Assembly: GCA_951406725.2 (NCBI GenBank)
Contig: OX597826.1
Coordinates: forward strand, 21,266,001 to 21,330,000
Source: Octopus vulgaris
Lineage: Eukaryota
DNA length: 64,000 nt
Direction: 5' to 3'
In this document: piece after piece, positions 1 through 12,372 of the stretch
Position numbering within the stretch: the stretch's first letter is position 1
Layout: each line of letters starts with the position of its first letter
Notes under the pieces: generated by a model
Told to the model about the DNA's origin: nothing
Databases searched by the model: none
Seen by the model: the letters and a program-made list of their open reading frames with translations, nothing else
Program-made: the position numbers and the translations under genes

Positions 1-10
1 CCTACACATG

Positions 11-12
<2 letters not shown>

Positions 13-101
<89 letters not shown>

Positions 102-118
102 ACATACACACACACACA
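13..118. repeat. (CA)n microsatellite
   Basis: Near-perfect CA run read directly. Confidence 0.98.
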
Positions 119-1825
119 CTAAATGGTGCTTGTTTCAGCAACGAATGTAAATGCATACTAATGCAGAATACATAAATATTATGTTATTGTTAAAATGTTG
201 AGAATATAAAATATTTATGTTCTAAGTAAAAGAAATAATTCCATGAGGTACATTTGAAGAATTTCAGAATTACTCACAGAATTAGCATTAAAATTAGTTG
301 ATTATTCCACGGACACATGAATACTAAATGTAACTTTCAGGTAGAGTCAGAGTGACACAGCTTGGCCTTTAATTACAATTACAGTCCATGTGACAAGCTT
401 TGACTCAATTTTCATCTAACCAGGTTCACTCGTAAAGTTTAAGTCAGCCTAATGTTAAAGTAAAAATGTTGGCCCAATGAATATTCCTTGACAGCTGACA
501 TTAACTATGAAAATTTGTCCAGCATTTGTTGAAGTTCTTATAAAACATAAACAATTGACTTGAATTGCAGTTTCTCTTAACTAAAACACATTCTGCCTTT
601 GTTGCTTAGTTTTCTAGAATAATTTCAGACAGATCAATATCTGTCCTAAAAGTAGTCCCATTATCATATTTATAGTGTGAATTTTGATTTATATGGCTTA
701 AATGTTACAACATGCTGAGAATATGACCTGCTATTTTGCATATAACATCTCATACATATGTATGGAATTGGTTGAAGTTTATTTCTTTGTTTATTAAAGC
801 CAATACTGTGTCTGTTCTTATCCGGTGCTTTTTTATGTAGATATATATTTCAAAGTCAAGAATTTTGTTCCACGCATCATAATTATAGAGAGAGCATGTT
901 GTAATATTTACATTATTTATCAGTCATAACAAATCTGTGAATGTACAAAATTTCAGAAAAATAAAAGCCTGATAATTTTTTTTTTTTTTACTTGTTTATC
1001 AGAGAATCTAAGGCCTTTGTCAGGACCATTGCAGAAGTGCCAAGATTGTGCAGACACAGAGGGAAAAGAAAGACACTTTGCTGGAGCTGAGATGTCAATT
1101 GGGTTAATCAATCACTCTGTCTAACATGGCCAGTGCAACACTGTTACCTGAGACCCAAGTAATTATTTCTCTCCAGAAGGAGATTGGTGAAATGAGGAGG
1201 AATTTCAACTTGGGCAGTCACAACAAATACCAGAAAATGTCTCCCCCAATATTTTACACTTCCACCAATCCATCATGCCCACCACCACTAGCTACTTTCT
1301 TTATATCATCCCCATTAAATGCAAAAAGAACTTTGGCAGAATCTAAACTCAGTTACATCAAAATGTAACGAACAGTTACATGTAGCTATAATGCAATTTA
1401 TTGCAGTGTGATGTAACACAAAGCTACATCTCACTGTAACAGAATTACATCACACTGTTACATGCAGTTACATCTCATTGTAACACAGTAACGTGTTTAA
1501 TTGATCTGTTAAAAAAACAGTTGTCTATCCTTCAAGTTACACTTTTCTCTTTTTATAATATTGAACACATCCAACAATGTAATCAATGATACATATAGAG
1601 GTGTGATGATAATGGCTGGAATGCATTCGATCATATCTTTCAACTTAGTACCTGCCACCTTAAAATATGACAAAGTGCATAATGTGATTGTATGTACCCT
1701 GTCAATTTTCCTGTCACCGTATGTCTGCTGCATCAAGGCTGGCCTGGGGCTAAATAACAACAACAGCAGCAGCAATGATAACAAACTGAGAAATTAACTG
1801 GCTCTCAACAGCAAGTGTTCCATTA

Positions 1826-2116
1826 GATCTGATCAACAGAACAGCCTGCTCATGAAATTAACATGCAAGTGGTTGAGTACTCCACAGACACATTCACTCT
1901 TAAAGTAGTTCTCAGGGAAATTCAGTGTGACACAGGATGTTGTTGACAAAGATGGCCCTTTGAATTATAGGTATGATTCACTGTTTCTAGTTGAGTGGAC
2001 TGGAACAATGTGGAATAAAGTGTCTTGCTCAAGGACACAGTGTGTCACCAGGGATTGAGCTCATTACCTTACAATTATGAGCCAAACACCCCTAACCACT
2101 GAGCCATGTGCCTTCA
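1826..2116 (-). mobile_element. tRNA-derived SINE (further degenerate copies at about 290-390 and 54200-54490)
   Basis: The minus strand begins TGAAGGCACATGGCTCAGTGGTTAGG (A-box-like), has GAGCTCAATCCC (B-box-like), then GTGTCCTTGAGCAAGACACTT, a typical SINE central-domain motif. The body recurs elsewhere in the window. Confidence 0.75.
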
Positions 2117-3043
2117 TATTGAAGCTGAGAAATAAAACAAATGTTACCTGCTGCCAACAGAAATGTCTTTTAAAATTGTAATTAATGAAAGTGATTCCCA
2201 GATGATTTAGCATTTTTCTATAAAATATACCAACAATTTATAAAGAATCTGTATCTACTTCATTCTTAAATGGTAGCAATTCCAAACCTAACCATAACCA
2301 TTGGATTAATTCAGTCATGTCTTGATTTATTCTGATTAAATTCAATCAATTATTTGAGAAATTCTTCAAAATCCATTTTTGAAGTTCTAGAGGAATTCTA
2401 TCTGCAGTTGTTAGTTTCTGATCCACATTCCATACATTGACTTTTCTGTCCATTTCTCTCATCATTCTTCTATTAAACAGTCTTTGATAATGTTCAACTT
2501 CCTGTTTAATTTTCTGGCTCCATTCTTCAGCTTCTTCTTTCCTGTTATTCTCCTTTTCCTTTGGTTGAAATCCATTTCTACTTTGAGACATCTGTCCTTG
2601 CCAACTTCAAGTAGTATAATTTTCTAAGTATTTCCTTTATTCCAGTACTTTCAATGCATTCAATAAAGAATTTTTATATCCTCATCTGATCAGTTTTTCA
2701 CAAACAGTCTCTCCTCTCCTCTCAATAATTAGTGTCATCCTCTCTCACCCAACGTTGCATACTTCCTGTGTAATATTTCTGAAATTCAGAATTAATGGCT
2801 TAGGATCAGCTGTAATGGATGCTGGAATACCAATTTCTGTGAAGCTATCAATATAGTAATCGCTTTTGCCAGCTATTAAGAAGAGCTTATCGTTCATGGA
2901 GAGTCTGTATTGTAAATGTAGTGGCAAGAACACAACTGTTTGCACCATCACATCCTGATACTTAGATCTAACCTCGTTAAGGTCAATTTAACCCATTATC
3001 CTATTGTGCTGAACTGAATAGTATGTCATGGATCAGTTAGTTG

Positions 3044-3045
<2 letters not shown>

Positions 3046-3105
<60 letters not shown>

Positions 3106-3139
3106 CATTATTATTATCATTATTATTATTATCATTATC

Positions 3140-3207
<68 letters not shown>

Positions 3208-3212
3208 CATAT
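3046..3212. repeat. (ATT/ATC)n trinucleotide microsatellite
   Basis: Read directly; it explains the poly-I/Y/N ORFs. Confidence 0.98.
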
Positions 3213-4319
3213 TGAGTTTTGTGAATAAGGGTGTCATTGGTTCTCACTTTCCCCACATAACAATAACTGATTTATTATATTGATAACGACAAGAATGATA
3301 AGAGATTATCTGTGTAATATGGGTGGAATAAATACCACAAGATAGTTTTGCTGGTTTACAGGCAATGTCCTCTCCAATTTGTTTATCTTTCACCAAAGCA
3401 CACACTCACACACTTACACACACACACACATGTATAGATGGGTTTCTGTACAGTTTCCAAATTCTCTTCACAAAGTATTGATCAGCCTAAAGCTACAATG
3501 GAAGACATTTGTCTGAGATGCAGTACTTTTGGACCAAATGTAGGACCATGTAAATCTCAGAAAGAATAAAAAAAGGGAGCTGTGTGTTTCAAAAGTAATC
3601 TGTATTTCCTGATAATTCTGTTGGATAATACAATCTACTTTGGTAAATGTTACGATTGGAGATTCTGGAAAGAAAATTTTTATAACCTTGTATGGTGTTG
3701 TTCAGATTTGATGCAGCAGACCTATGATCAAAGATGTTCCAGCTATGATCATGCTTTTGTTTAGCCCCAGGAAAGACTAGATCCAGTAGACCAGTGATCA
3801 AAAGCATTCCTACCATGACCATAGTATCACAAGCAATACATTATTCAATATGTCCTTCCTTTTTAAAAGCGTAAAGTACAATTTGAAGGAGGTTTAGCTG
3901 CTATTCTGTGCAAAACAGAGCAAGTGAAGGCTTTGAAATATCCCTCATATTCAAATGCTTGTATACATTCTTACTTACAACAGTCAGTAAATTCTCTTGT
4001 GGGAATATTTACACTTTATAATGCTGTTGACACTGCCAGTCTGGATGGTACTTCCCAGGTGTTAAAACCATAATATCTATCAGGGAGCTGAAGATAGGAT
4101 GCATACATTTGATGTGATTAATGTGTGTTTGTGTGTGCGTACTTTTACATATATTATATTCATAATAAAATATAAAAATCATGTTAAAGATTTTTATCAT
4201 GTTGTCATCATGCTATAAAAATTTATAGGCAATTTATACATTAAATTAATTGCTCCCGTAATATAATTATATACATATGTATATTTTTATTAATTATATA
4301 TATATAAATACACACACAT

Positions 4320-4354
<35 letters not shown>

Positions 4355-4600
4355 AAACATTTATATTTATATATATGTGTTACAGGCTTCTTTCAGGTTC
4401 CAATTACTAAATCCATTCTCAAGGCCTTAATTGACCCAGGGGTATAGCAGGACTGAACCTGAAACCATGTGGTTGGAAGCAAACTTCTTAACCATTTAGT
4501 TACATCTGCACCTATATGTGTGGTAAGAAATTTGCTTCCCAACCAGCATGGCCACAGTCTAATGACTGAAACAAGTACAAGATAAAAGATAAATATCTAT

Positions 4601-5125
4601 GGTGGTTGTTGACTACTCCTTATGCAGAGTTTGACCACCTCCTGTACCTACACCTTAGAACCATCATGGCATCTGATGTGGTGTTTTAAACCAGACAATG
4701 TTTTGAAAAGACACCCACATAGATTGCATATCTGATTTGGACCACCAAGAGCTGCAGATAAGTTCTGTTTTTTTTTTGGATCTTAAAATGTCTTCTGAGG
4801 CCTCCATTAGATTTGCAGACATTCTGGCATACATTGCATTGAAAGGTGTGCACAGACATATAGGCAGAATAGTTGGTGGAGGTTCGATTTCCATGGGTTT
4901 GCAAATGAGATTGAGCCCAGCAAAAGAAAGGCATGGTCTGTCACAAATTGTGCACACAAAAAGGACATTGTGTTTCATCTTCTCAATCATAACCATTCTT
5001 CCTTAAATCTCTCTTGAGTCTTGCATTATCCTGGCCTCATCAAATGCTTTCACTCCACTCCACACTTTTGTTCACCATCCAGCTCGATCCAAAGCAAGGG
5101 TTTCTATGTCCTCTGAATTCCATGG
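4601..5125 (-). pseudogene. 3' end of an RTE-clade LINE ORF with three degenerate C2H2 zinc fingers
   Basis: Joining across frameshifts gives DIETLALDRAGW*TKVWSGVKAFDEARI..ARLKRDLRK (RTE C-terminal pattern), then CTICDRPCLSFAGL.SHLQTH, CNVCQNVCKSNGGLRRHFKIQ and CNLCGCLFKTLSGLKHHIRCH. Confidence 0.75.
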
Positions 5126-7094
5126 GTGGGACAGATTGACAAAAACTTGAAGAAGACTGCACCAAGCTGAGCCATCGGCTTTGGTATGGTTTCCAAGGGT
5201 GGATACCCTTCTCCTAACACCAAACACTTTACAGAGTGAATTGGGTGTTTTATGTGGCATTAGCAACAGTAAGGTCACTCAGTAACTTACAAGACCCCTC
5301 AAATGGGGTGGTGGGGTACTGAGGGACAAAAAAGGTGTCTGGCATTATAAGAGAAACATGCTTACCTCAGATGGAGAGAGAGAGAAGTGAAAGATGATGG
5401 AATGTGAGTAGGGGCCAACACACAAATATACATACATATACATACATGCACACATATATGACAGACTTCCCTCTCTTTCACACACCATGTCCACTCACAA
5501 GGCTTTTATAAGTCAAGAGCTATACTTGCCCAAGGTGCCACACGGTGGAACTGAACCCATGATCATATAAGTTAGAAGTGAACTACTTAAACACCAGCCA
5601 TATCTATGTAAAATGAAGAGAGAGAGAGCATTTTAATAAACATTAGTTTCATGGAAGAATAGACAACCAACCTACATTGATGAACTGCAATCCTGCCTCA
5701 CATTCCTCTTTAATAAATGTTCCCTTTTTTTAAGATATTAGGGTCTGGTTCGAGAGAGATTTGGTTGCTGTTTTAAGATAGCAAAGTAACTCTGTAGAGA
5801 TCTCCACTTTGGCTTCACACATTGACAGTGTTGTCCAAGATATACAATGCCAGGAAAGCAGCACAGCTGGTGTAACTTTGTTCATAGGTTTGTTGAATCA
5901 GGGGTGGCCAAGAGTTAAATACTACCACACTAACAACAACAACAACAAGTACACCATGCTGCCAAAAGTTTCCCAATGTTACCAGAATTCTATGGAACCT
6001 AACAGATTTATGGCAACACTTGGTGACTTCCATATTGATGGCATGTCAAAGTCCACTCAGATGTGTGTGTGTGTGTGTGCTCATGAAGAAGTATGGCTGT
6101 CCAGGTTGAACAAGTAATTAAGACAAATATTGTAATTCCAGTCGATTAACATCCATCAACCCATCCATATATATACACATACATACATATATATTGTGTA
6201 TGTATATATATGTGTGTATATATACATATATATATATTGCATATATATATATATATGTATATATATATGTGTGTATGTATATATATATATATATGTATGT
6301 ATAATGCATGTATGTATATGTGTGTTTGTGTATGTATATATATAATTCCTACTGATATATATAATCTCTATTTTATATGTACCTCCCATCATCAAAAAAA
6401 GAAAAGAAACACACACACTCTCACAAACACACACCCAATATCCTCTAAGGTGAAGGTTACCGCACCAAATCTGCTATTTTCTGGCCGAAGGGCTTTTAGC
6501 CAATTACTTTGAAAACAATGCAACAAGGAAGAATAAATAGATAAATAAATCTCTCCAAGATGGCACTATATTGGTAATAATGAAGGGTAATCCAGAATGA
6601 CCTTTTGTGAGCAGGATTTTCTACAGCATTGGTAATTGCCTGATTACTTTCCTTATAAATATTCTCTTGTTATTCTTCATCTGAGGATATAAATACAACA
6701 GACATTTGCATCAACTTATGTGATTACCTCAACAAAAAAGCAGATGTCACAGCCCATACATGCATGTATACATATACATACATACATACATACATACATA
6801 CACACATACACACAAACACAGGCATATGCACAAACACACGTATATATTTATATGTATGCATGTATGTATGTATGAGATTTTACGTTTCCATAGTTGATAA
6901 TTAGTAACAAATAATATCATGGTACATTATACATACATAAATAATGCATTGAATACATATTAAACTTTATATACACCTCTTTTGTAGTAAGGGTCATTGA
7001 AGAACACAGGATTGTTCAGGTAAAAACTCTTCTCCAGGAGAAAGAGTAAAAATGATAATGAAATTTGTGTTGTATAGAATATATAATTACATAC

Positions 7095-7125
7095 GTAGCT
7101 ATACACATATGCATGTATATATCTA

Positions 7126-7188
<63 letters not shown>

Positions 7189-7189
7189 A

Positions 7190-7249
<60 letters not shown>

Positions 7250-7605
7250 GAACTATGTATATATATATATACATACATATATAAACGACATACATATATA
7301 TATGTATATGTATGTATGCATAATATATATATATACACACGTACACATATGTATATGGGCTTGTGTATAATTATATGCAATATATATATATATATAATTG
7401 CATATGTATATATTTACATGTATATCCGGGTATATGTATGTGTGTATATATATATATATATACATACATACATACATATATACATATGTACAAGCACATG
7501 AGCACACACACACACATATATGTATGTATGTATATATGAACGTAATATATATACACACATACACATATGTATGTATGTATATATGTACATATCAATGTGT
7601 GTGTG
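7095..7605. repeat. Compound (TATC)n/(TA)n/(TATG)n microsatellite block (similar blocks at 6160-6345 and 16085-16170)
   Basis: Read directly; it is the source of many spurious Y/I/C/V-rich ORFs. Confidence 0.95.
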
Positions 7606-7959
7606 TTTGCGAGAAATACTTTCATTGTGCACAACTGATTAATTGTGGTATTGATTTCAAGATTTTCCCCTCTGCCTCACATAACGACACTTATGTTCTG
7701 GACTGAAGCACTCCTCCAACTGCTTGTCTTGCATCTGCCTCTCAACAGCTGCCTGTATTATAGTACATTCCCTGTGAAGAGAATCACCGCAGTGTTTAGT
7801 GGAAACGCTAGCATCATTTACAATGGTCACCATCTGTGGCAGCGGAACATACGCAGAAAATAATCAGAATGCAGCAGGGAATTATATTTCATCATTTCGT
7901 TGATGACCAAATAAAAAAATAAATAATACAATAAACAGCAAAAATATCCTGTATTTCAT

Positions 7960-8720
7960 TCCTGAAAATCTGGGAACATTCTAAGTTTTGAAGAGCAAAA
8001 ATTCTATGAATTCTTCATTAGAATAATTAAGATGGAAAGTTCTGAATGTCAAAGAGAGTTTGAAAATGCCAGTTCTTAAAGAAGAGATTTCCTAAACTTT
8101 ATTGAGAATGTTAAGATTTTAAAATCTTCAAATCAGGTGGACATGCAGTTTTGGTTTCACAAAGAATTGTAAACAAGTTCTAACAATTTTTTATTATTTC
8201 TTCAGAGACTGAGCAATTGGGATTGTCCTAATTGGTTTCATCCCCGTTTGGAGACTCATCTGGAAACATTTGTTTATATTTCATGACTAAACTAATCTTG
8301 TGGCAAAATTTCAGATTAATTCAATATATTTATGCTGTGCATTGCTAATTATTTAATCATGTGGTCTGCAAATGCACGCTTATGCAAATTAGATTGTCCA
8401 GTATAACTGAATACTGGTTTGTGCTTGATGTAAATAGCTAACATAGCTATCAATCTCTCAGTTGGTAGAGGAAATGAGGACAGAGTGCCATCTGCAGATA
8501 TGGGCACTTTGAGGGGAAGTCACCTGGGTGTTTCACAGATTTGGGGGTCTCAGGGCTAATCTGTGTATGCAGTAATTTGTTGCCAAAATTAAATGTAGGA
8601 GCTTCGGTGTTTCGTTATATTTTGGGGTCTGTAATGCTGCTAAGACAGCTCTAAATGAAGGAACTTATTCTCTGATGAATCTCAAAATAGGGATGAAACT
8701 AGTCTGGAAAAAAAAGTCTC
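7960..8720. mobile_element. Degenerate Penelope-like element relic
   Basis: The minus-strand peptide AIYIKHKPVFSYTGQSNLHKRAFADH (about 8360-8440) resembles a GIY-YIG motif. Two oppositely oriented minimal hammerhead-like motifs lie at about 8232-8265 (-) and 8672-8704 (+). Confidence 0.45.
8663..8712 (+). ncRNA. Minimal type I hammerhead ribozyme motif (Penelope-type)
   Basis: CTGATGA (8672-8678), stem II ATCTC/GGGAT, GAAA (8695-8698), palindromic mini stem III CTAG, and GTC triplet ending at 8704. Stem I is eroded. Confidence 0.55.
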
Positions 8721-9051
8721 ATTAATTATCATTGTTTACATTGTACACAAGATTGCAATCAGTTGTAGATTACAGAAATATTTTGGATTATGCATCAGAT
8801 AATGTGTTCACCATCATCATTACCATCATCATGGGTTTGGGGGTTCAACAGGGTCTGATGAGCTGGAGGTCTGCATCAAGCATCAGCTGTGCTCCATTAA
8901 TTAATAAACAACCTTTTGTCATCATTAATCCAATAATTAAGTTTTTTGAGTAATAAAGTGAAATACTTCTTTTAAAATTTTGACTCACTTGTAATTATTT
9001 ATTTCACACAAAATTAATTTCACCTTCATAAATATATTTTAATTCTATTTA

Positions 9052-9291
9052 ATTCTGTTGTGTCTGGGGAGAGTCATTTTCTTTTTGTGTCTTATAATGT
9101 AACACACTCACTGGTAAAATTTCCACTTATTATTTTTATTTCCCTAAAATTTTCATTGCGTCTTGCAACCTTTTCAATAGTCTTGAAAATTTTAGGGAAA
9201 TAAAAATAAGAAATAAGTGGAAATTTTACCGGTGAGTGTGTTACATTATAAGGCATAAAAAGAAAATTACTCTCCCCAGACACAACAGAAT
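9052..9291. repeat. About 240-bp foldback palindrome (roughly 100-bp inverted arms)
   Basis: TTCTGTTGTGTCTGGGGAGAGT...CCCTAAAATTTTCA is mirrored by TGAAAATTTTAGGG...ACTCTCCCCAGACACAACAGAA. Confidence 0.9.
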
Positions 9292-9370
9292 ATGCTTCAA
9301 CACACAAACTCATATAAAGAATCTTGCAAACCAAATCCAAAAACGAAATTCTATTTAAATTTATCAATTA

Positions 9371-10984
9371 CTAGCATTATGACCCATCGTTGCCGGGTCA
9401 TAGTGCTAGTGCATGTATATATGTGTACATATTACATGTACATCTATATATACATCTACACATAAAATACAAAATGCAAAGTTATATCTTGATATCGCTA
9501 GTGATAACAATACTCAAAATATATAACAGACTGGAATTGTAGGCCTGTCTCTTGCAATTTCGATCAATTGTATCTTGTCCTCCCTCTTGTTTAGAAGTGT
9601 GGCTACAATCCAGCCTACCTCTACTTCTGGGGGGACATTTAATTTTTATCCAGGACGTCCTATGTCCCAGATATAAAGGTAAAAATAAAATATTTCCACT
9701 TTGCAAGGTTCGAGTCGAGTACAACTTGCACGCTCCGTTGACTCGAACCTTGCTTCTATTGTGGCGAATTTACTGCCTCTGGTTAGATATCTTTCATAGT
9801 TGCACCAAGACACTTTTCGATGGTGCTTTCCTCCAGGTGTTCAAGTCTTTTTTTTTCTCTACATTGTATACTTTATAGACAATAGTCTTTTCTTTAATTT
9901 AATTTTTCTATTTCATTTGGTGGTGTTATCCTAGATTCACTGTCTTTGTCGGTGATCAGTCCAAAATAGGTTTGTATTTCTTCCATTTTAATTTTAATGA
10001 GTTCGTGCCCGCCGACAGCTGCAGCGAAATTCATTTTTGAACTTTCTTCTATCGAAGGCATTCTAACAAAGATGCTTTCGCGTAAACGGTGAAAATATTG
10101 TCAATTTCCCCAAACAGAGACACAGTTCAATTTTTAAACAATAACCAAAGCCCCTTCTCCCAAAAGGGGAGGGTTACAGTTTACAATTATTTAACAAATT
10201 CAACACAATAACGTTTCCCTTATGAGGAACCAACCAACGTGATAACAATAGTTAAACAGTAATAATAATAACAGTACTCAGTAGAAGCGCTGTTCGAGAA
10301 AACAGACATTACATACAGCAAAACTTCGTATAGATACTTAATGCTAGCTAATTAGCAGATAATCTAATGTAAAAGCCGTGGTAAACGGTATGTGCACAGC
10401 TCCATCTGGACTATTCCATTTCTGCACACTAATTTTATTTTTAATTTATTCCCATTCATGTGAAACCACTTATTCAAGTTCAAGTCATTGATGCAATTTT
10501 ATACCAATTGCTATTTTTACTTTTGTTATGTTATGATTATATTATACTTTAGTTTGATTTTAATTATTACTTACTACATATAATTCAATTGTTATTATTA
10601 TTTTTATTGTTAAAGTGAAAGTATCTGACATAAAATAGAGAAATGTTTTTGTTTCACTTTTAACACATAATACTGAAATAGTGGAGAAGATATGATATTG
10701 CTATGGGCTCACTCTAGGCAAGAAGCTGAACATTTTTTTTGCCCATGAAACTACATGAACCCTAAGTTTGGTTGTGTAGCTCTCAAGTTTTAGGGAATTG
10801 TAGTGGAGAAGATATGATATTGCTGTGGGCTCGCCCTAGGCAAAAAGTAAAAAAGATGATGACACTCCCCGGACCCTAAGTAAGGCATGTGTAAAATTTG
10901 AATGAAATTGGTTGTGTAGTTCTCAAGTTTTAGGGAAACACACAGACAGACACACACACATTCTCAGTTTTATATATATAGAGA
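9371..10984 (-). mobile_element. Non-autonomous Helitron
   Basis: The minus strand starts a|TCTCTATATATATAAAACTGAGAATGTGTGTG and ends with a GC-containing hairpin GACCCGGCAACGATGGGTC followed by CTAG|t. It sits between A and T with no TSD, and has internal direct repeats at 10680/10802. Confidence 0.8.
9530..10061 (-). pseudogene. Fragment of Tx1-type ORF1 (N-terminal part) inside the Helitron
   Basis: MPSIEESSKMNFAAAV..KTIVYKVYN..STIEKCL..GSKFATIEARF..STRTLQSGNILFLPLYLGHRTSWIKIK aligns with ORF1 at 22411-23322 (KKTIIYKVLN..LIEKCL..GNKYATIQVRF..STLTLQSEKLILIPTYLGQRMTKISIK). Confidence 0.8.
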
Positions 10985-11412
10985 TTATTTCCCCTTCTGA
11001 TTACAAGGAAACATTTGGAAAACTGGTTAATTAGAACATTTAAAGTATTACATTAATGAAATATTGAAGTTTAATTGCTGCCACCACCACTGTCACTATT
11101 ATCATAACCCCCCATCAAAAAGGGGGAAAGGTCCCACTACCAAGATGAAGTATGTGGAGGGAAAGATGGAGGAAGATAGCTTTATGCCAGGTGTTGAGAA
11201 GCGTTGAACGAGAGAGGGACGAGCAAAGATGTCTTGCTGCAGAGGAGATACGGAGATACATGGCTGATGGGGATGAAAGGAAGGTAAGGATGGGAAGTTA
11301 GAGCAAACTCTCAAAGAACAAGAAGGTGAGAGCGTAAGAGGGGACAAAGATGGTGGATCATGGAGGGGGATGAGAGAGTGGATGCATATATACATATACA
11401 TACATATATATA

Positions 11413-12210
11413 TCATCATCATCATCATCATCATCATCGTTTAACATCCGCTTTCCATGCTAGCATGGGTTGGACGGTTCAACTGGGGTCTGGCAAGCCC
11501 GAAGGCTGCACCAGGCCAGTCAGATCTGGCAGTGTTTCTACAGCTGGATGCCCTTCCTAACGCCAACCACTCCGAGAGTGTAGTGGGTGATTTTATATGC
11601 CACTGACACAGGTGCCAGTCGAGGCTGGCAGACGGCCATGCTCGGATGGTGTTTTTTATGTGCCACCAACACAGGTGCCAGACGAGGCTGGCAGACGGCC
11701 ACGCTCGGATGGTGCTTTTTATGTGCCACCGACACAGGTGCCAGACGAGGCTGGCAGACGGCCACGCTCGGATATGGTGTTTTCTTATGTGCCACCAACA
11801 CAGGTGCCAGACGAGGCTGGCGAACGGCTACGATCGGATGGTGTTTGTTACGTGCCCACAGCACGGAGGCCAGTCGATGCGGTACTGGCTACGGTCCCGT
11901 TCGGATGGTTTTCTTATGTGCCACCGGCCCTGGTACCACAAGGATACAAATTCCATTGATGTTCATCTAATTGATTCGATTCGATTTGACTTTCACTTGC
12001 CTCAACAGGTCTTCACAAGTGTCACAAGCAGGAAGGTATGCACAGGTGGACTGACTACGTCCCAGGTAGGGGCCACGGGTTATGGCTTCACTAGTCTTGC
12101 CGGGTCTTCTCACGCACAGCATACTTCCATAGGTCTCGGTCTCTAGTCATTTCCATGGTGAGACCTAACGTTCGAAGGTCGTGCTTCACCACCTCGTCCC
12201 AGGTTTTCCT
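11413..12210 (-). mobile_element. 5'-truncated RTE-clade LINE (ORF end, long 3' UTR and (ATG)n tail)
   Basis: RKTWDEVVKHDLRTLGLTMEMTRDRDLWKYAV is a typical RTE C-terminus. The element ends CAACCCATGCTAGCATGGAAAGCGGATGTTAAAC(GAT)n, a tail shared by many short copies in the window. Confidence 0.8.
11590..11935. repeat. 63/66-bp GC-rich minisatellite, about 5.5 units, in the RTE 3' UTR
   Basis: Unit anchors at 11599, 11662, 11725, 11791, 11854 and 11920. The conserved units carry a GCCAG-N6-CTGGC hairpin. Confidence 0.9.
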
Positions 12211-12211
12211 G

Positions 12212-12372
12212 AAGGTGCAGAAGTGGCTGTGTGGTAAGAAGTTTGCCTCCCAATCACATAGTTCTGGGTTCAGTCCCACTGCACCTTGGGAAAATGTCTT
12301 CTCTATAGCCCTGGGCTGATGAAAGCTTTCTGAGTGAATTTGGTAACTGGAAACTGAAAGAAATCCATCGTA
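12212..12372 (+). mobile_element. tRNA-derived SINE with CORE-like segment (abundant family; also about 4380-4590, 5460-5605, 17250-17400, 17575-17715, 34020-34150, 48100-48240)
   Basis: GTGGCTGTGTGGTAAGAAG (A box), GGTTCAGTCCC (B box), CACCTTGGG..TGTCTT, and an end at GGAAACTGAAAGAA followed by (TA/TG)n. Confidence 0.8.

Noticed and set aside
2346-2951. Two minus-strand ORFs, with a faint integrase-like FTEIGIPASITAD
   Set aside because: No DDE triad is recoverable and there are stops between the pieces. It is too weak to call as a gene or a Gypsy relic.
3026-3283. Poly-N/Y/I ORFs (and the Y/I/C/V-rich ORFs at 6.1-7.7 kb)
   Set aside because: They are translations of microsatellites.
11590-11935. 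CRISPR-like array, or a repeat protein from ORFs 11538-12146
   Set aside because: Whole units repeat with no unique spacers, there are no cas genes, and the array lies in a eukaryotic RTE 3' UTR. The ORFs are a by-product of the 63/66-bp period.
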